A DNA stretch of 64,000 nt from assembly GCA_964016885.1 (NCBI GenBank), contig OZ024741.1:342116001-342180000 (forward strand). The letters run 5' to 3'. Source of the stretch: Eledone cirrhosa. Its lineage: Eukaryota. The position numbers and the translations under genes were made by a program. Positions 51,001 through 60,400 of the stretch are shown here, piece after piece. Each line of letters begins with the position of its first letter. The stretch's first letter is position 1. Below the pieces are notes generated by a model. That model made no database searches. It saw nothing but the letters and a program-made list of their open reading frames with translations, and was not told where the DNA came from.

Positions 51001-53511
51001 ATGCCTGGAGTGGAGAGTAGTTCTGAAGAATATTCAGTTTCTTTTCCTGAAGCAACCTCACTGAGGATCTTCTGTGTTGATTCTAACGGAATCCAGGCAT
51101 CATGCCGTCGGTCTGAATCACTCATATCGAGACCCATCGAGAAGAGATCATCTGTGTCGACATCTTCAATGAACTGTTGGAAAGGTACAGCTGAAATGCC
51201 AGAGGATGAAATCTGTTGATGCTGGTGAACTGGTGTACCATGACTGGAGACTGGAGTCTGAACAACAATATTCTCGGTAGCAACCAATTTCGGTGCTGCA
51301 GGCGGCATAGTCACTGATGGTAGCATATCTGTCTCTTCAGTCAGCGATGGTGACAATTCAGAGAAGAACTGATTAGTGCTGTTCTCCCTTATCACCTCTG
51401 ATGACGACAATGGTGTTTTACTAGAAGATGAGGAAACATGCCGTTCTCTATCATGCGGTGTGTGGTCGGTGCTGTGTGGATAATTGTCTGGTAGCACTTG
51501 TTTCGGAGAGCTAGTCAGACCAAGTTCAAATCCAATCTGGCTTTCTTCTGCTGTAAAGGACTCAAATTCATCATCATCTAAAAGAAAATCTTCCTTTTCC
51601 TGAGCATTACAGTTTTCCTCCAGAACAGATTCAGTTCCTTCAAATGTAACACTTTCAGGTTCTTGGTGTACCTATTATGGAACAGAACATATAACAATAA
51701 GAATGGTTTCTAATTTAGGCACACAGCTAGAAATTTGTTTGTTTTTTTGTGCAGAGGTGAGGTAGGGGATTAAATTGACTGACTTCAATACTTGACTTGT
51801 ATTTTATCTTATTGACCCTGAAAGGATGAAAGGCAAAGTTGATGACAAATTAATAAAGTTGTTAAAAAGTTGGCTAGAATGCTATACAGTATCCATTCCT
51901 ACTTTCTGCACTCGAGTTAAAATCCTGCCACAGTCAACTTTGCCCTTTCGAGATCAATAAAAAAAAGTACTAGTCTAGTACTGGAGTTGATTTTTACTTA
52001 ATTTTTTTTTTTCTCAGGAATTGTATTAAAATAAAATATAATCTGCAGCTCCATGTATTCTCTTATGCAAATATATCTACAGGAGTGCCAACTAACCTGT
52101 GCAAAATTTCTAGGGGATGTCGGTAAAATGTCTGTGCTCTGTGATTGAGCTACCTCTTTGCTGCTGTTCTCTGACTGTTCCAGTGTTAGTGTATCCAATG
52201 GCGGTGGTGGTGGCGATTTTGTATCAATCGTTAAGTTATCAAAGAAGTTCTCTGCTGAGTGGTTGCTGGACACAGGTGGTGTTGCAAAGTAGCTGCTGAT
52301 TGATGGTTGGTTTGTGCCGCTCTCAGTCACTTCAGTTTTTTCTTCATTGGTTGCTTGTTCAAGAAGATCTGCACTATCTTCATTGTCTGAAATATGAAAC
52401 TTTGTAGGACTCTGAAGGAAAGACAGAAAGACACAGAGAGTTGAAACATTTCTTTAACTGCTGGGAGCCAAAAGTAAATAAATCTTACAATTCATCGAGG
52501 CATTTAAATGATTTGAAATTAAAAAACATTGAAATCCAAACAGAGTATTACTATAATGATAATAGCATTAAAAATTATAGCGATTCTATGCTTGGATTTC
52601 AATGTTTTGATATTTCTTTAACATTTTCGATACCAACCTGCCTCATCAAAGTATGTATAATAATCATAACCCTTCTCTCAACTACACAAAAAAAATTCAT
52701 AAATTAACCTGAAGCTTATTGGTGTGTGGCTTAGTGGTAAGTGTGCTGGACTTACGATAATAATGCCGTGGGTTTGATTCCTGGAGTGGGCTGTGTGTTG
52801 TATTCTTGAGCAAAATATTTCATTTCAAATTGCTCCAGTATACTTAGCTGAAAATGAGTACCAGCACTAGCTGAGGGTTTAACCCTGCAATGAACTAGTG
52901 TCGCTTAACACCACGAAAACCGGGATAAACATCAATCTGATGAGCCTCTGGGCTTGAGACAGAAGCTCTAATAGCTATATAAATACAAACTTTACTACAC
53001 ACCAACAAACTATGGTTAAAATAAAATGTGTGAAATGAAAGCTAGCTACCACTTCTCCTGGTGACTTCTCTTCACTTTCACTCAGTGGTGCAGTATCCAC
53101 TGTTGTTGGTGATGATACTGTTATCATTATACCCTGTTGGTCTTCATCTTCCACTGGGTTGATCTCTTCTTCATCAGTGACAGCAGCATGTGTCATCACC
53201 TCTGTTGAATCATCTACTACTGTTGCAACTGTTGCTGCTGCCGCTACGGTGGCATCTCTTTCAAGATCTTGCAATGAGGAGTCGTCGGGGATTGGACTTG
53301 CAGATGTACTTTTTGCAAGCTCTCCTTCCTGCTCCTCACTGCCATCTTCTGAAGGGGATGGCTCCAGCATTACAGAGTCCAGTGTATCAGTGGTAGGTGA
53401 ATGGACTAATGTTGAACTCAAAGGGTCCTGGTCAATATTTAGATGAGCAGTGTTAACAATATCTGAAATGATATCATCATCATCATCATCCAAGCACACA
53501 GACTGATCCAT
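30425..53511 (-). CDS. TRAPPC12: Trafficking protein particle complex subunit 12 (TRAPPC12/TTC15), whole gene span; 13 coding exons, 2622 nt, about 873 aa
   Basis: Manually spliced exons: 53050-53511, 52097-52411, 50982-51671, 47213-47329, 46060-46173, 44779-44917, 42861-42973, 42140-42212, 41631-41704, 35232-35330, 33391-33485, 32139-32226, 30425-30667. All GT-AG and phase-compatible. Peptides [66 protein letters not shown] match recalled human TRAPPC12. Confidence 0.95.
30760..30972. repeat. Tandem duplication of ~100-120 bp bounded by (TAG)n/(TAC)n
   Basis: agtaagacagcattagaaaaactactggaatctttaatgta...tcagtgatgtctaaataact occurs twice. Confidence 0.85.
31227..31516. mobile_element. piggyBac-like MITE
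   Basis: TTAA on both sides; imperfect TIR cctgttgactgtc / ggcactgaagagg. Confidence 0.5.
32139..32226 (-). CDS. TRAPPC12: TRAPPC12 coding exon 12 ([17 protein letters not shown]...DPSNPV)
   Basis: 88 nt, TTTTAG acceptor, GTG|GTAAGT donor, phase 2-0. Confidence 0.93.
32660..33030 (-). mobile_element. Ingi/Vingi-like LINE 3' fragment
   Basis: LPPG....[22 protein letters not shown]...CDC...QTMQHLLIC (CCHC knuckle). Confidence 0.75.
33391..33485 (-). CDS. TRAPPC12: TRAPPC12 coding exon 11 ([13 protein letters not shown]...IALN)
   Basis: 95 nt, TTAG acceptor, GTTAGT donor, phase 0-2. Confidence 0.92.
33620..34230 (-). mobile_element. Old RTE 3' fragment in a TRAPPC12 intron
   Basis: Same RT C-terminal remnants and short 3'UTR as the 2073-2640 copy. 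Confidence 0.8.
34558..35183. repeat. 26-bp minisatellite, ~24 copies (agctaagtgtaggtggggtaaaagac)
   Basis: Directly visible tandem array. Confidence 0.95.
35232..35330 (-). CDS. TRAPPC12: TRAPPC12 coding exon 10 ([13 protein letters not shown]...GIGRIFLQ), TPR region
   Basis: 99 nt, TTTAG acceptor, CAG|GTGAGT donor. Confidence 0.95.
35430..35975 (+). mobile_element. Penelope-like GIY-YIG 3' remnant
   Basis: SHMWNL...[10 protein letters not shown]...[11 protein letters not shown] resembles the PLE endonuclease C-terminus. Confidence 0.6.
35987..37361 (+). mobile_element. 5'-truncated CR1/L2-group LINE
   Basis: [33 protein letters not shown]; in-frame stops; (ATT)n tail. Confidence 0.95.
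37362..40103 (+). mobile_element. Longer CR1/L2-group LINE (endonuclease + RT), directly tandem to the previous copy
   Basis: [22 protein letters not shown] endonuclease motifs; ORF 38849-39577 with YADD; same 3' end. Confidence 0.95.
40271..40423. mobile_element. Tc1/mariner-pogo-type MITE
   Basis: TA-ctgtatttcccg ... cgggaaatacgg-TA. Confidence 0.7.
40525..40900. repeat. ~55-bp minisatellite, 7 copies, each with an RFX X-box-like GTTGCCTAGCAAC
   Basis: Motif starts at 40547, 40598, 40653, 40708, 40761, 40814, 40867. Confidence 0.9.
40966..41485 (-). mobile_element. Non-autonomous RTE-tail element with ~6-7 tandem 48-bp units
   Basis: (GAT)n tail, ctggatgc.cttcctaacaccaacc block, unit cacattacagtgtggactggttgctttctgtcgtgacacctaaatgaa. 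Confidence 0.8.
41631..41704 (-). CDS. TRAPPC12: TRAPPC12 coding exon 9 ([25 protein letters not shown])
   Basis: 74 nt, TTTTAG acceptor, AAG|GTAAGC donor. Confidence 0.93.
42140..42212 (-). CDS. TRAPPC12: TRAPPC12 coding exon 8 ([13 protein letters not shown]...SKK)
   Basis: 73 nt, CAG acceptor, AAG|GTAAAC donor. Confidence 0.92.
42236..42797. repeat. ~45-47-bp minisatellite, ~12-13 copies, filling most of a 648-bp intron
   Basis: Unit tgttaagctacataaacagaccagttaa...ccacatgttcct. Confidence 0.93.
42861..42973 (-). CDS. TRAPPC12: TRAPPC12 coding exon 7 ([16 protein letters not shown]...LVQQ)
   Basis: 113 nt, phase 1-0, TTTCAG acceptor, CAG|GTGAAG donor. Confidence 0.95.
43590..43955. mobile_element. 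Tail-to-tail inverted pair of tRNA-derived SINEs
   Basis: Plus copy 43590-43785, minus copy 43810-43955. Other copies near 44460-44612, 51700-51990, 53690-53830, 54476-54670, 58560-58700, 60027-60140, 62090-62235. Confidence 0.8.
44779..44917 (-). CDS. TRAPPC12: TRAPPC12 coding exon 6 ([13 protein letters not shown]...YPGRK)
   Basis: 139 nt, long polypyrimidine tract plus CAG, G|GTAATC donor. Confidence 0.95.
45526..45997. mobile_element. Foldback MITE with TIR CACTGGTCAACA(AAAT) and a central perfect 54-bp palindrome
   Basis: Left TIR-like ends at 45526 and 45679, right end 45997; long internal inverted arms 45712-45794 / 45872-45952. Confidence 0.75.
46060..46173 (-). CDS. TRAPPC12: TRAPPC12 coding exon 5 ([16 protein letters not shown]...HTLQ)
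   Basis: 114 nt, TAG acceptor, CAG|GTAAAT donor. Confidence 0.93.
47213..47329 (-). CDS. TRAPPC12: TRAPPC12 coding exon 4 ([13 protein letters not shown]...LCKLV)
   Basis: 117 nt, TAG acceptor, GTATGT donor. Confidence 0.92.
47520..48163 (+). mobile_element. RTE 3' fragment (related copy 55265-55785)
   Basis: ORF 47555-47968 [13 protein letters not shown]...SRPRKTW; (GAT)n tail. Confidence 0.88.
48478..50672 (+). mobile_element. 5'-truncated RTE LINE, antisense within a TRAPPC12 intron
   Basis: ORF pieces 48521-48796, 48821-49081, 49254-49628, 49621-50163; highly similar to 9161-11260. Confidence 0.95.
50731..50951. mobile_element. piggyBac-like MITE, 221 bp
   Basis: TTAA-ccctttagca...tgctacaggg-TTAA; homologous to 58954-59174. 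Confidence 0.8.
50982..51671 (-). CDS. TRAPPC12: TRAPPC12 coding exon 3 (VHQEPESV...RRHDAWIP...PGITVEEAQ)
   Basis: 690 nt open frame, TAG acceptor, CAA|GTAAGA donor, conserved [10 protein letters not shown] motif. Confidence 0.9.
52097..52411 (-). CDS. TRAPPC12: TRAPPC12 coding exon 2 ([13 protein letters not shown]...PRNFAQ)
   Basis: CAG acceptor 52412-52414, CAG|GTTAGT donor, 315 nt, phase 0-0, open frame. Confidence 0.85.
53050..53511 (-). CDS. TRAPPC12: TRAPPC12 coding exon 1 (acidic N-terminus [12 protein letters not shown]...KSPGEV)
   Basis: ORF 52975..53511; pyrimidine-rich acceptor TAG at 53531-53533 just upstream of the ATG. The donor GTG|GTAGCT is weak, so the 3' edge is uncertain by a codon. 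Confidence 0.75.
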
Positions 53512-53839
53512 GGTGTCCTCTATGTAGTCTCTACAAAAAAGAAGAAAAGATTAGAGAAATACAGATTATGAATAAATTTAAATACACTAATTGCTACTCC
53601 CTCAAGACACAGAATAGTGTATCCTCTATTATATTACCTAATGTGCACTCCGCCCACCTCTTTTTTTAACAGTAAGACGTGATATGGGAATGGTGGAGAA
53701 TTTGCAGAGTTATTAGAACGCCAGATAGAATACTTTATGGTATTTACTCCGGCTCTCTGTGTTCTGAGTTCAAATCCTGCCAAGGTCAACTTTGCTTTTC
53801 GTCCTTTCGAGATCAATAAGATGAGTACCTGTCCAGCTG

Positions 53840-54465
53840 TATATAACTATGGTATATCCACACTTAGAATTTTCATCACCAGTTTGGAACCCCTATCTTG
53901 CTCAGAATATTGATCTCTTGGAAACTGTTCAGAAACATGCAACCAAACAAATACCCTCCATCAGGCATCTACCATACTCTGAATACCTTGCTTCCCTGTA
54001 CATGGATACATTAAAACTCCAACCTCAGGCAACTGACTTGGTAGACACCCACTAGATTATTAACCCTATTTCCAACAACCCTGGGCACCTTTTTGAATTC
54101 CATGTGTCTAACACACATGGGCATGTCTACAAAGTCAGAAAACAGCACAGCCCCCATGACTTTCGAAAACATTTTTTCACGCTCAGAGTAGCTGAAGCAT
54201 GGAACAAACAACCTGCACCAGTTGTTAACTGTCGGGACACTACATCCTTCAAAACTTCCAAGCTTCCCGAAATTCCCCAACACCACACCTGATATTCCCC
54301 TCTCCACATAAACACACGTGTGCGTGTGTGTGTGTATCATGACTCATACACTGACATTTGTACATTATTCTATGTACTATACATGCACTTTTGGCTACCT
54401 TTTCTGAGCAGTTGTAGTGCATCTGAGCACTATAATTTTCATTATTATCATTATTTCATTATTAC
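53840..54465 (+). mobile_element. CR1/L2-group LINE 3' fragment
   Basis: PHLEFSSPVWNPY...RVAEAWNK. Confidence 0.9.
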
Positions 54466-56851
54466 TGTGTTCAATGGGCAGTGGATTGGCAGTATCGGTA
54501 GAGGGTCGGACGCCATGCTTTCCAGCATAGTTATGTCTCTTTACGGTCTGAGTTCAAATCCCGCCGAGGTTAACTTTGCCTTTCATCCTTATGGGGTCGA
54601 TAAAATAAAGTACCAGTAATGTACTGGGTATTTGATGGCATTGTGTCAAAAGTGGAAACAATTATTACTGTGTTCAATTCTTTTTCTATCTTTTTCTTGG
54701 TTTCTCTCTCTCTCTGGAAGAAATCGGCTGTGTTCACCTGGAGAGGAGATCTGCTATGCCAGGTTTTAAAATAAGGAGTTACGCGTAAAAAAAAACAAGC
54801 AAGTGATAAGCAGGTGATTTTGGCTGCCATTTCTAAAAGGCCAAGCAACCATCAAGAAGCTTTCCTGTTGGCTCAAATTTTTTTTCTGATGAAGCCCATA
54901 GCTTTTACATGATCTCTGGGACTGGAGAGATTGACACTGTTGAAGTTCTATTTAAACTTTTTGCAAGTCAATTCCTTTTAAAATTATGTACAGAGAGAGA
55001 ATTCCAGAAGGCTGACATATTGAGCAGGAAGGACTGGGTGTAGGGATTTGATACAACATGGATGATAAGAAGAAGAGAGATAAATGGATCAGGAGTGACT
55101 GAATGGATGTGGTGTGAGACCAACGAACCTGAGGAATAGAGATCATTGTAGTAGAGGAAGAAAACACAGAGGGAGGAGACATGTCTAGGGGTCAGAGAAG
55201 GCTGGAATGTGTCTGTGAGTGACTGTATGGCAATTATTCAAGTGGCTTTTCTCGCCTTGCTCAAAACAACTCACTAAGGCGATGACACAGGACTGTGACC
55301 TCTGGCACTATGAAGTATTACAGAAGACCCTGTCGTCTTATATTCACGGCCTGAGGCATATATCTAGTAGGCAACACCTCCTACCATCTCCCCTCTCATA
55401 AACCTTCCTTGCAATCATCCCACCCCTATACCTACATCCCCATGCCTCTTTCCCCACCCCGCTGGATCCACGACAAAATAGCCCAGCCCACACTATATGA
55501 TGGTCGTGTAGGTGTCATGACAAAAAGCCCCCAGTCCACACTGTAAAGAGGTCGTGTAGGTGTCTCAACAAAAAGCATCCAGCCAATACTGTAAAGTGGT
55601 CGTGTAGGTGTCACAACAAAAAGCACACTGTTAATGTAGTTGGAGTTAGGAAGGGCAACCAGCCGTATAAACCAAGCCAAAATCAGTTCTGTGAGTGAAT
55701 CACGGTTCCCGACCTGATCTCTCACAAAGGGACAGCCTGTCCTACCCATGCTAGCGTGGAAGATGTGCGTTAAACGATGATGATGAATAAGGGTTTCCAA
55801 AATAGGAGCCAACTGAATCCAGATTCATGTACTGAGGTAAATATAATTACATTGCCGGCCCTGAATATATATGAGCGTAATCTATCCATGGTACTGTATA
55901 AAATATATAATAAGAAAATAGCTTAATAACGGGGCATATAATCGCCCTGAAATGAAAAAGATGGACATCATATATATATATATATATGTAATATCTGTCG
56001 ATATCGTATCTGCGACACGAGCCGATTTATCTGGAAGAGCCCGATCAACACAGCTCATTCAAAATGGAATAATTAATTATTTGATGTTTGTGTGTGTATA
56101 TATATATATATATACGTGCACACCTGTTAAATTATGTACGTATGTGTGTATATAACATTTACAGGTTGCTACAACCAGAAACAATGTACAATATTTCAGT
56201 CAAGAAACGATAAATAAGAGTACAGTATGGAAGACTGCTGTAATTGATTCTTAAAACTAATAAGTAGAAATTGTAGACCGATTGATGAAATATCTGAAAT
56301 ATGTGAATCTTTCCAGACAGACAAATATCAAAAAGCATTCTAGAATGTCTGCTTATCTTTCCATAAATGTATATGTTCGGCTGTCTCTCTACTAATATCA
56401 ATAAAATGTTGAATTTCTCATCAATTTACTAAAATCAAACACACCGTCTTGAAACGATGTAGCTTTTAACGTGTCGGATTTATTTATAGGTTGATTTGGC
56501 AAAGGTGAGCTACAAAATACATTTCCTTCCACGCTATTATTTCACATTTTATTTTTTTTTTTTAATCAAAAAAACGTATTATTCAAGCATATGCTCATTT
56601 ACTTTAAAACCATGTTTTAATTCGCCCTTTTATCGTGTTTATAACACCATGTTCCATTATATATGTTGCTTGGAATAAATAACCCAGCAAAAATTTAAGG
56701 GTTTATCTGGAGAGGTTTTGTTTGTTTTTGTTTTTTAGTTTTTTTTTTTGCAGTTGTTTTGTTAAATAATTAATTCAAAATTAAACCTTCGATCACTTAT
56801 GGAAATAAACAAAAGGAAAATATTTCAATGAAACTTTTCCTATAATCTTAC

Positions 56852-56965
56852 CTTTGTATTGTATGTAATGTTCCGTTTAAAACTTTGCAGACGAATCACT
56901 CAACAACGAGTCTGCTTTGACAGCGACATTACACATTTACCAACAACTGGTTCGCATCCAGTGTC
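56852..56965 (-). other. TRAPPC12: Probable non-coding first exon (5'UTR) of TRAPPC12
   Basis: Strong AAG|GTAAGA donor at 56851 in unique, CpG-richer sequence next to the promoter; in-frame stop when spliced to 53530. The TSS is unknown, so the upper edge is a guess. Confidence 0.55.
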
Positions 56966-57422
56966 GTTAATCCCTCTTTCTTTTCCCTCTCTTTGACTCT
57001 TTCTGTCTCTCTCTCTTCCCCTCATTATTATCTTTTTCCCTCTCTCTTTATGTCTTCCTCCTTTTCTTTCTCTCTTTCCCTTTTGCTTCTCTTTTCTTCT
57101 ATTTCCTTCTCTTTTTTTCTATCTCTGTCTCTTTTTTCTCCTCCACTTTCTCTCTCCCCTTTTTCTATTTATAAGCGTTTCTGTTTAAATTAACCATATC
57201 TCTTTTCCTATCTTTGCTTTTGGATTCAGCACTAACTTTCCAATAAATGAAAACACTCTTGTTTTTTTATTTTATTAAACTTCCGTCAGCTTTTAGTTTA
57301 TATTTTTAATACAATTTGCTAGTATAATGTTGAAACTTGTTCTGTGGTACTGTTTTTGCAACAGTCGTCAATGAAAGCAGTCTCCGTAGCCGACGACACG
57401 ACATCTAAGTTTGTCGTGAAAC
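56965..57422. promoter_or_regulatory. Putative bidirectional promoter between TRAPPC12 and EIPR1, including a ~240-bp CT-rich tract
   Basis: Short TE-free interval between two divergent genes, with locally elevated CpG at both ends. Confidence 0.6.
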
Positions 57423-57464
57423 ATGGAAGACGAAGCACCTGTTATATATGGACTTGAGTTTCCA
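57423..57464 (+). CDS. EIPR1: EIPR1 exon 1 ([14 protein letters not shown])
   Basis: AAACATGG start context, 42 nt, GTAATA donor. Confidence 0.93.
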
Positions 57465-60400
57465 GTAATATTTTCTTACATTCTCTCTTTCCACCCTCTC
57501 TCTCCCTCTTTATTTATAGGGCTGCAATACGGGTATTTATTTAATTAACGATTCTAAAAATATTTGTATACCTGTCAGTCTATCTATCTATTTATATTGG
57601 TTCCCTGTACACCTATCTATCTATTTATCCATCTATATCTATGTGTGGTTATTCAAAATTTTGTTAGCAACAAATGCTAGCTGACATACCTAGTTTTGAG
57701 ACCACATCAAAACAAATCTACTTAATGGTTGTGTGTAAATCCACCAATAACATCATTGACAGTACGTACCTGTGTGTGTGTACATAATACGAAAACATCA
57801 TCCATAGTTAGAACGAGTCCAGCATCCCATTGGAAAATAACAATATTTTCATTTTTGTAATTTTTAACTTGCTACGAATCTTATTACATTTACGGCCATC
57901 ATCTGTTATTGCGTTTTATTATTTTACTTTAACAAAAAGCCTGCACAGGTTTATTTCAATTAAATCCTTACAAATAAACAATCCATATTTTTAAAACCGA
58001 GTTGGGGAAGATCTGTACACTCAATCACGGGTCACAAGAGGCACAAGTGTTTTCGTGATAACTTTTGAGGCAAACCAACACATTCGCAGAATTGCCGCGA
58101 ATGATAGTGATGCTAAGACACAGGAATAACCAAGCACCCTCTCTCTATCTTACTTGTTTATCCTCCAAGTCAGCCATGGTCAAGTAAACTTATGACCAAT
58201 AGCATTCACTTCGTGATTAACCTGTCTTTTATTCATTCCTAGTGTATCTAGGACTAAACAAACTTCCAATTTAAAGACAGTGGGGTGTAATTTAAAAGAA
58301 ATTTGGTTACTGTTTCCAACAAGTCGAACGACTGCGATAAATGATAGTGTTTAGTCGATGTTGTTACTTTGTGTAGGATGTTTTCGCCTGGATAAATAAA
58401 TTTTAAAAAACCTGCAGTTTATTTTTTATTTTTGTCTGTTGAAACTGTTGTGTTTTGTCTTGAGAGCACAGCGGTAGTTGTCAGTCCTAAGCGCTACTAT
58501 TCTTATCCTATCACTAGCACTGACCAGTTTCATTTGCTTAGCTGTAAAGAAGTTCTATAAGGCGGCGATTTGGCAGAAGCCGTTAGAATGCTTTGCGATA
58601 TTTGTTGCGATTCTGCACTCTGAGTTCAAATCCTGCCGATGTCAACTTTGTCTTTCATTCTTTTTAGGTCGATTAAAAAAAAGTACCAGTCCAGTGCGGC
58701 GTCGATTCTATTTCCTTATCCCTTTCGCACTCTCTACCACTCCACATCCTCTGGAAATCGGCTGTGTTTAAACATAATAATAGTTTCTACATAATAATAA
58801 TCACACACAAATTATTCTTGTAAATTTATAACACTACTGTTATTTATGTTTCAGGCACGAGCCCTAACTGCACAAGTAGGTGACACAGAAAATATACGCT
58901 TTCTTGTTGGGACGCAAAGTCTGAGGGCTGAAAACCAGGTATGTATAGTTTAACCCTTTAGAATTTAAACCAGCCCTATCTGGACAGAATTCTTTCACCT
59001 CTTTCTGTTCAAACTGGGTGTAACCAGCCACTCATACTGATGTTAAGATAATGTTCTCAAAATAAATAATATCAAAATCTCATAGATTCAATATTATGGG
59101 AGATAATTACGTGCGGTAAAGCTTTTACCATGAAAATACAATTGTAAATATCGAGTAATGTAACTGCTAAAGGGTTAAATACTCACTTTCTTTATAATAT
59201 TTCTTTTAATGTTTTCTTTGATTTTTCAATTTGATCAAAATGCTGACCTACTTAGGTCCGATTCAGTCTCAGTCTATTCAGAACCATGTTGTGTGCATCA
59301 AGTGATAGGAAGGGCATCCAAATGTAGAAAGCTTGCCAAACAAAGGGTTAGAAGAACCCTTCAGTTGTGTCAAAAACATAACAACCTCCCCTGCACACTT
59401 GATAGAACATAAGACCGTATGTAAATGCACCCCCCCCCCCTCCCCAGCCTGTCTGGGAAGTCAGTAGCCTCGCTTCAGTGCTGACTTGATCTATGTTGAT
59501 CCAACCAACCCTTGATAGCAGGGAAAGCGGACGTTGAATGATGACGATGATGAGAGTGATTATATATATATATATATATGCTCACACACACACATATATG
59601 TATGCTAAAAGTAAATGGAAAACAACATAGAAAATGCTACAGTACACTGAAGATATATACTAGTTTAATGCTTGATATAGTAGGAAAAGAGTCATAATGT
59701 TTCAGATGCTAATCGGATGAGAAATAAAAGAATAGAAAGATAGAAAGTGAGAAGAGGAAAAAGCAGGAAAAAAATTACTATTGCTTCTACTACTTATATA
59801 ACAACTACTACTACTACAGTACTGTTCCTAAAATAACTCTCACTATGTTTCTTTCTGCTTCTCTTTTAGGTCCATCATATTCACTTTGACGATGAGTATA
59901 ACTCCATCAACAAAGATGTTTTCCTCCACCAAGAGGGAGAAATTTGGTACATCAGTGCATCTACATTGGATAAAGATATTCTTGCCACATGTTACAACAA
60001 ACGTATGTCAATATTTCATTTGGGAATGGTGGTGGATTGGCAGAATTGGTAGAATATTGGATAAAATGCCATTGTAGCATTAGTTCTGGCTTTCTATGTT
60101 CTAAGTTGAAATCCTGCAGAAATCAACTTTGCTTTTCATCTGCAAGGCATTAATAACATATTTCATTTGTATTTTTAGATGTTGACTCAAAGATTGAAGT
60201 CCAGGCTGCTTTATGGAGGCTACCGACAAATTTGAATGACAGCTTTACCGAGGAACCTTCCCACAGTCATCGGCCACTTAAATTACTATGTCCTCTAGAC
60301 TTTTCTGAATATGGTGAAATCAAGTGGTAAGCCAACATTTTCGTCATCTGCCAGAGCAAGTGATTATGTTGTAGGTTTAAAATACTTCCAGTATATGAGA

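Noticed and set aside
52937-52965. CTGATGAgcc-tct-gggct in a SINE 3' part as a hammerhead
   Set aside because: Followed by GAGA rather than GAAA, and lacks stems I and III.
54887-54940. CTGATGA-agccca...tgggact-GGAGA as a hammerhead
   Set aside because: Stem II is plausible, but the 3' core and cleavage triplet are missing; at best a fully decayed relic.
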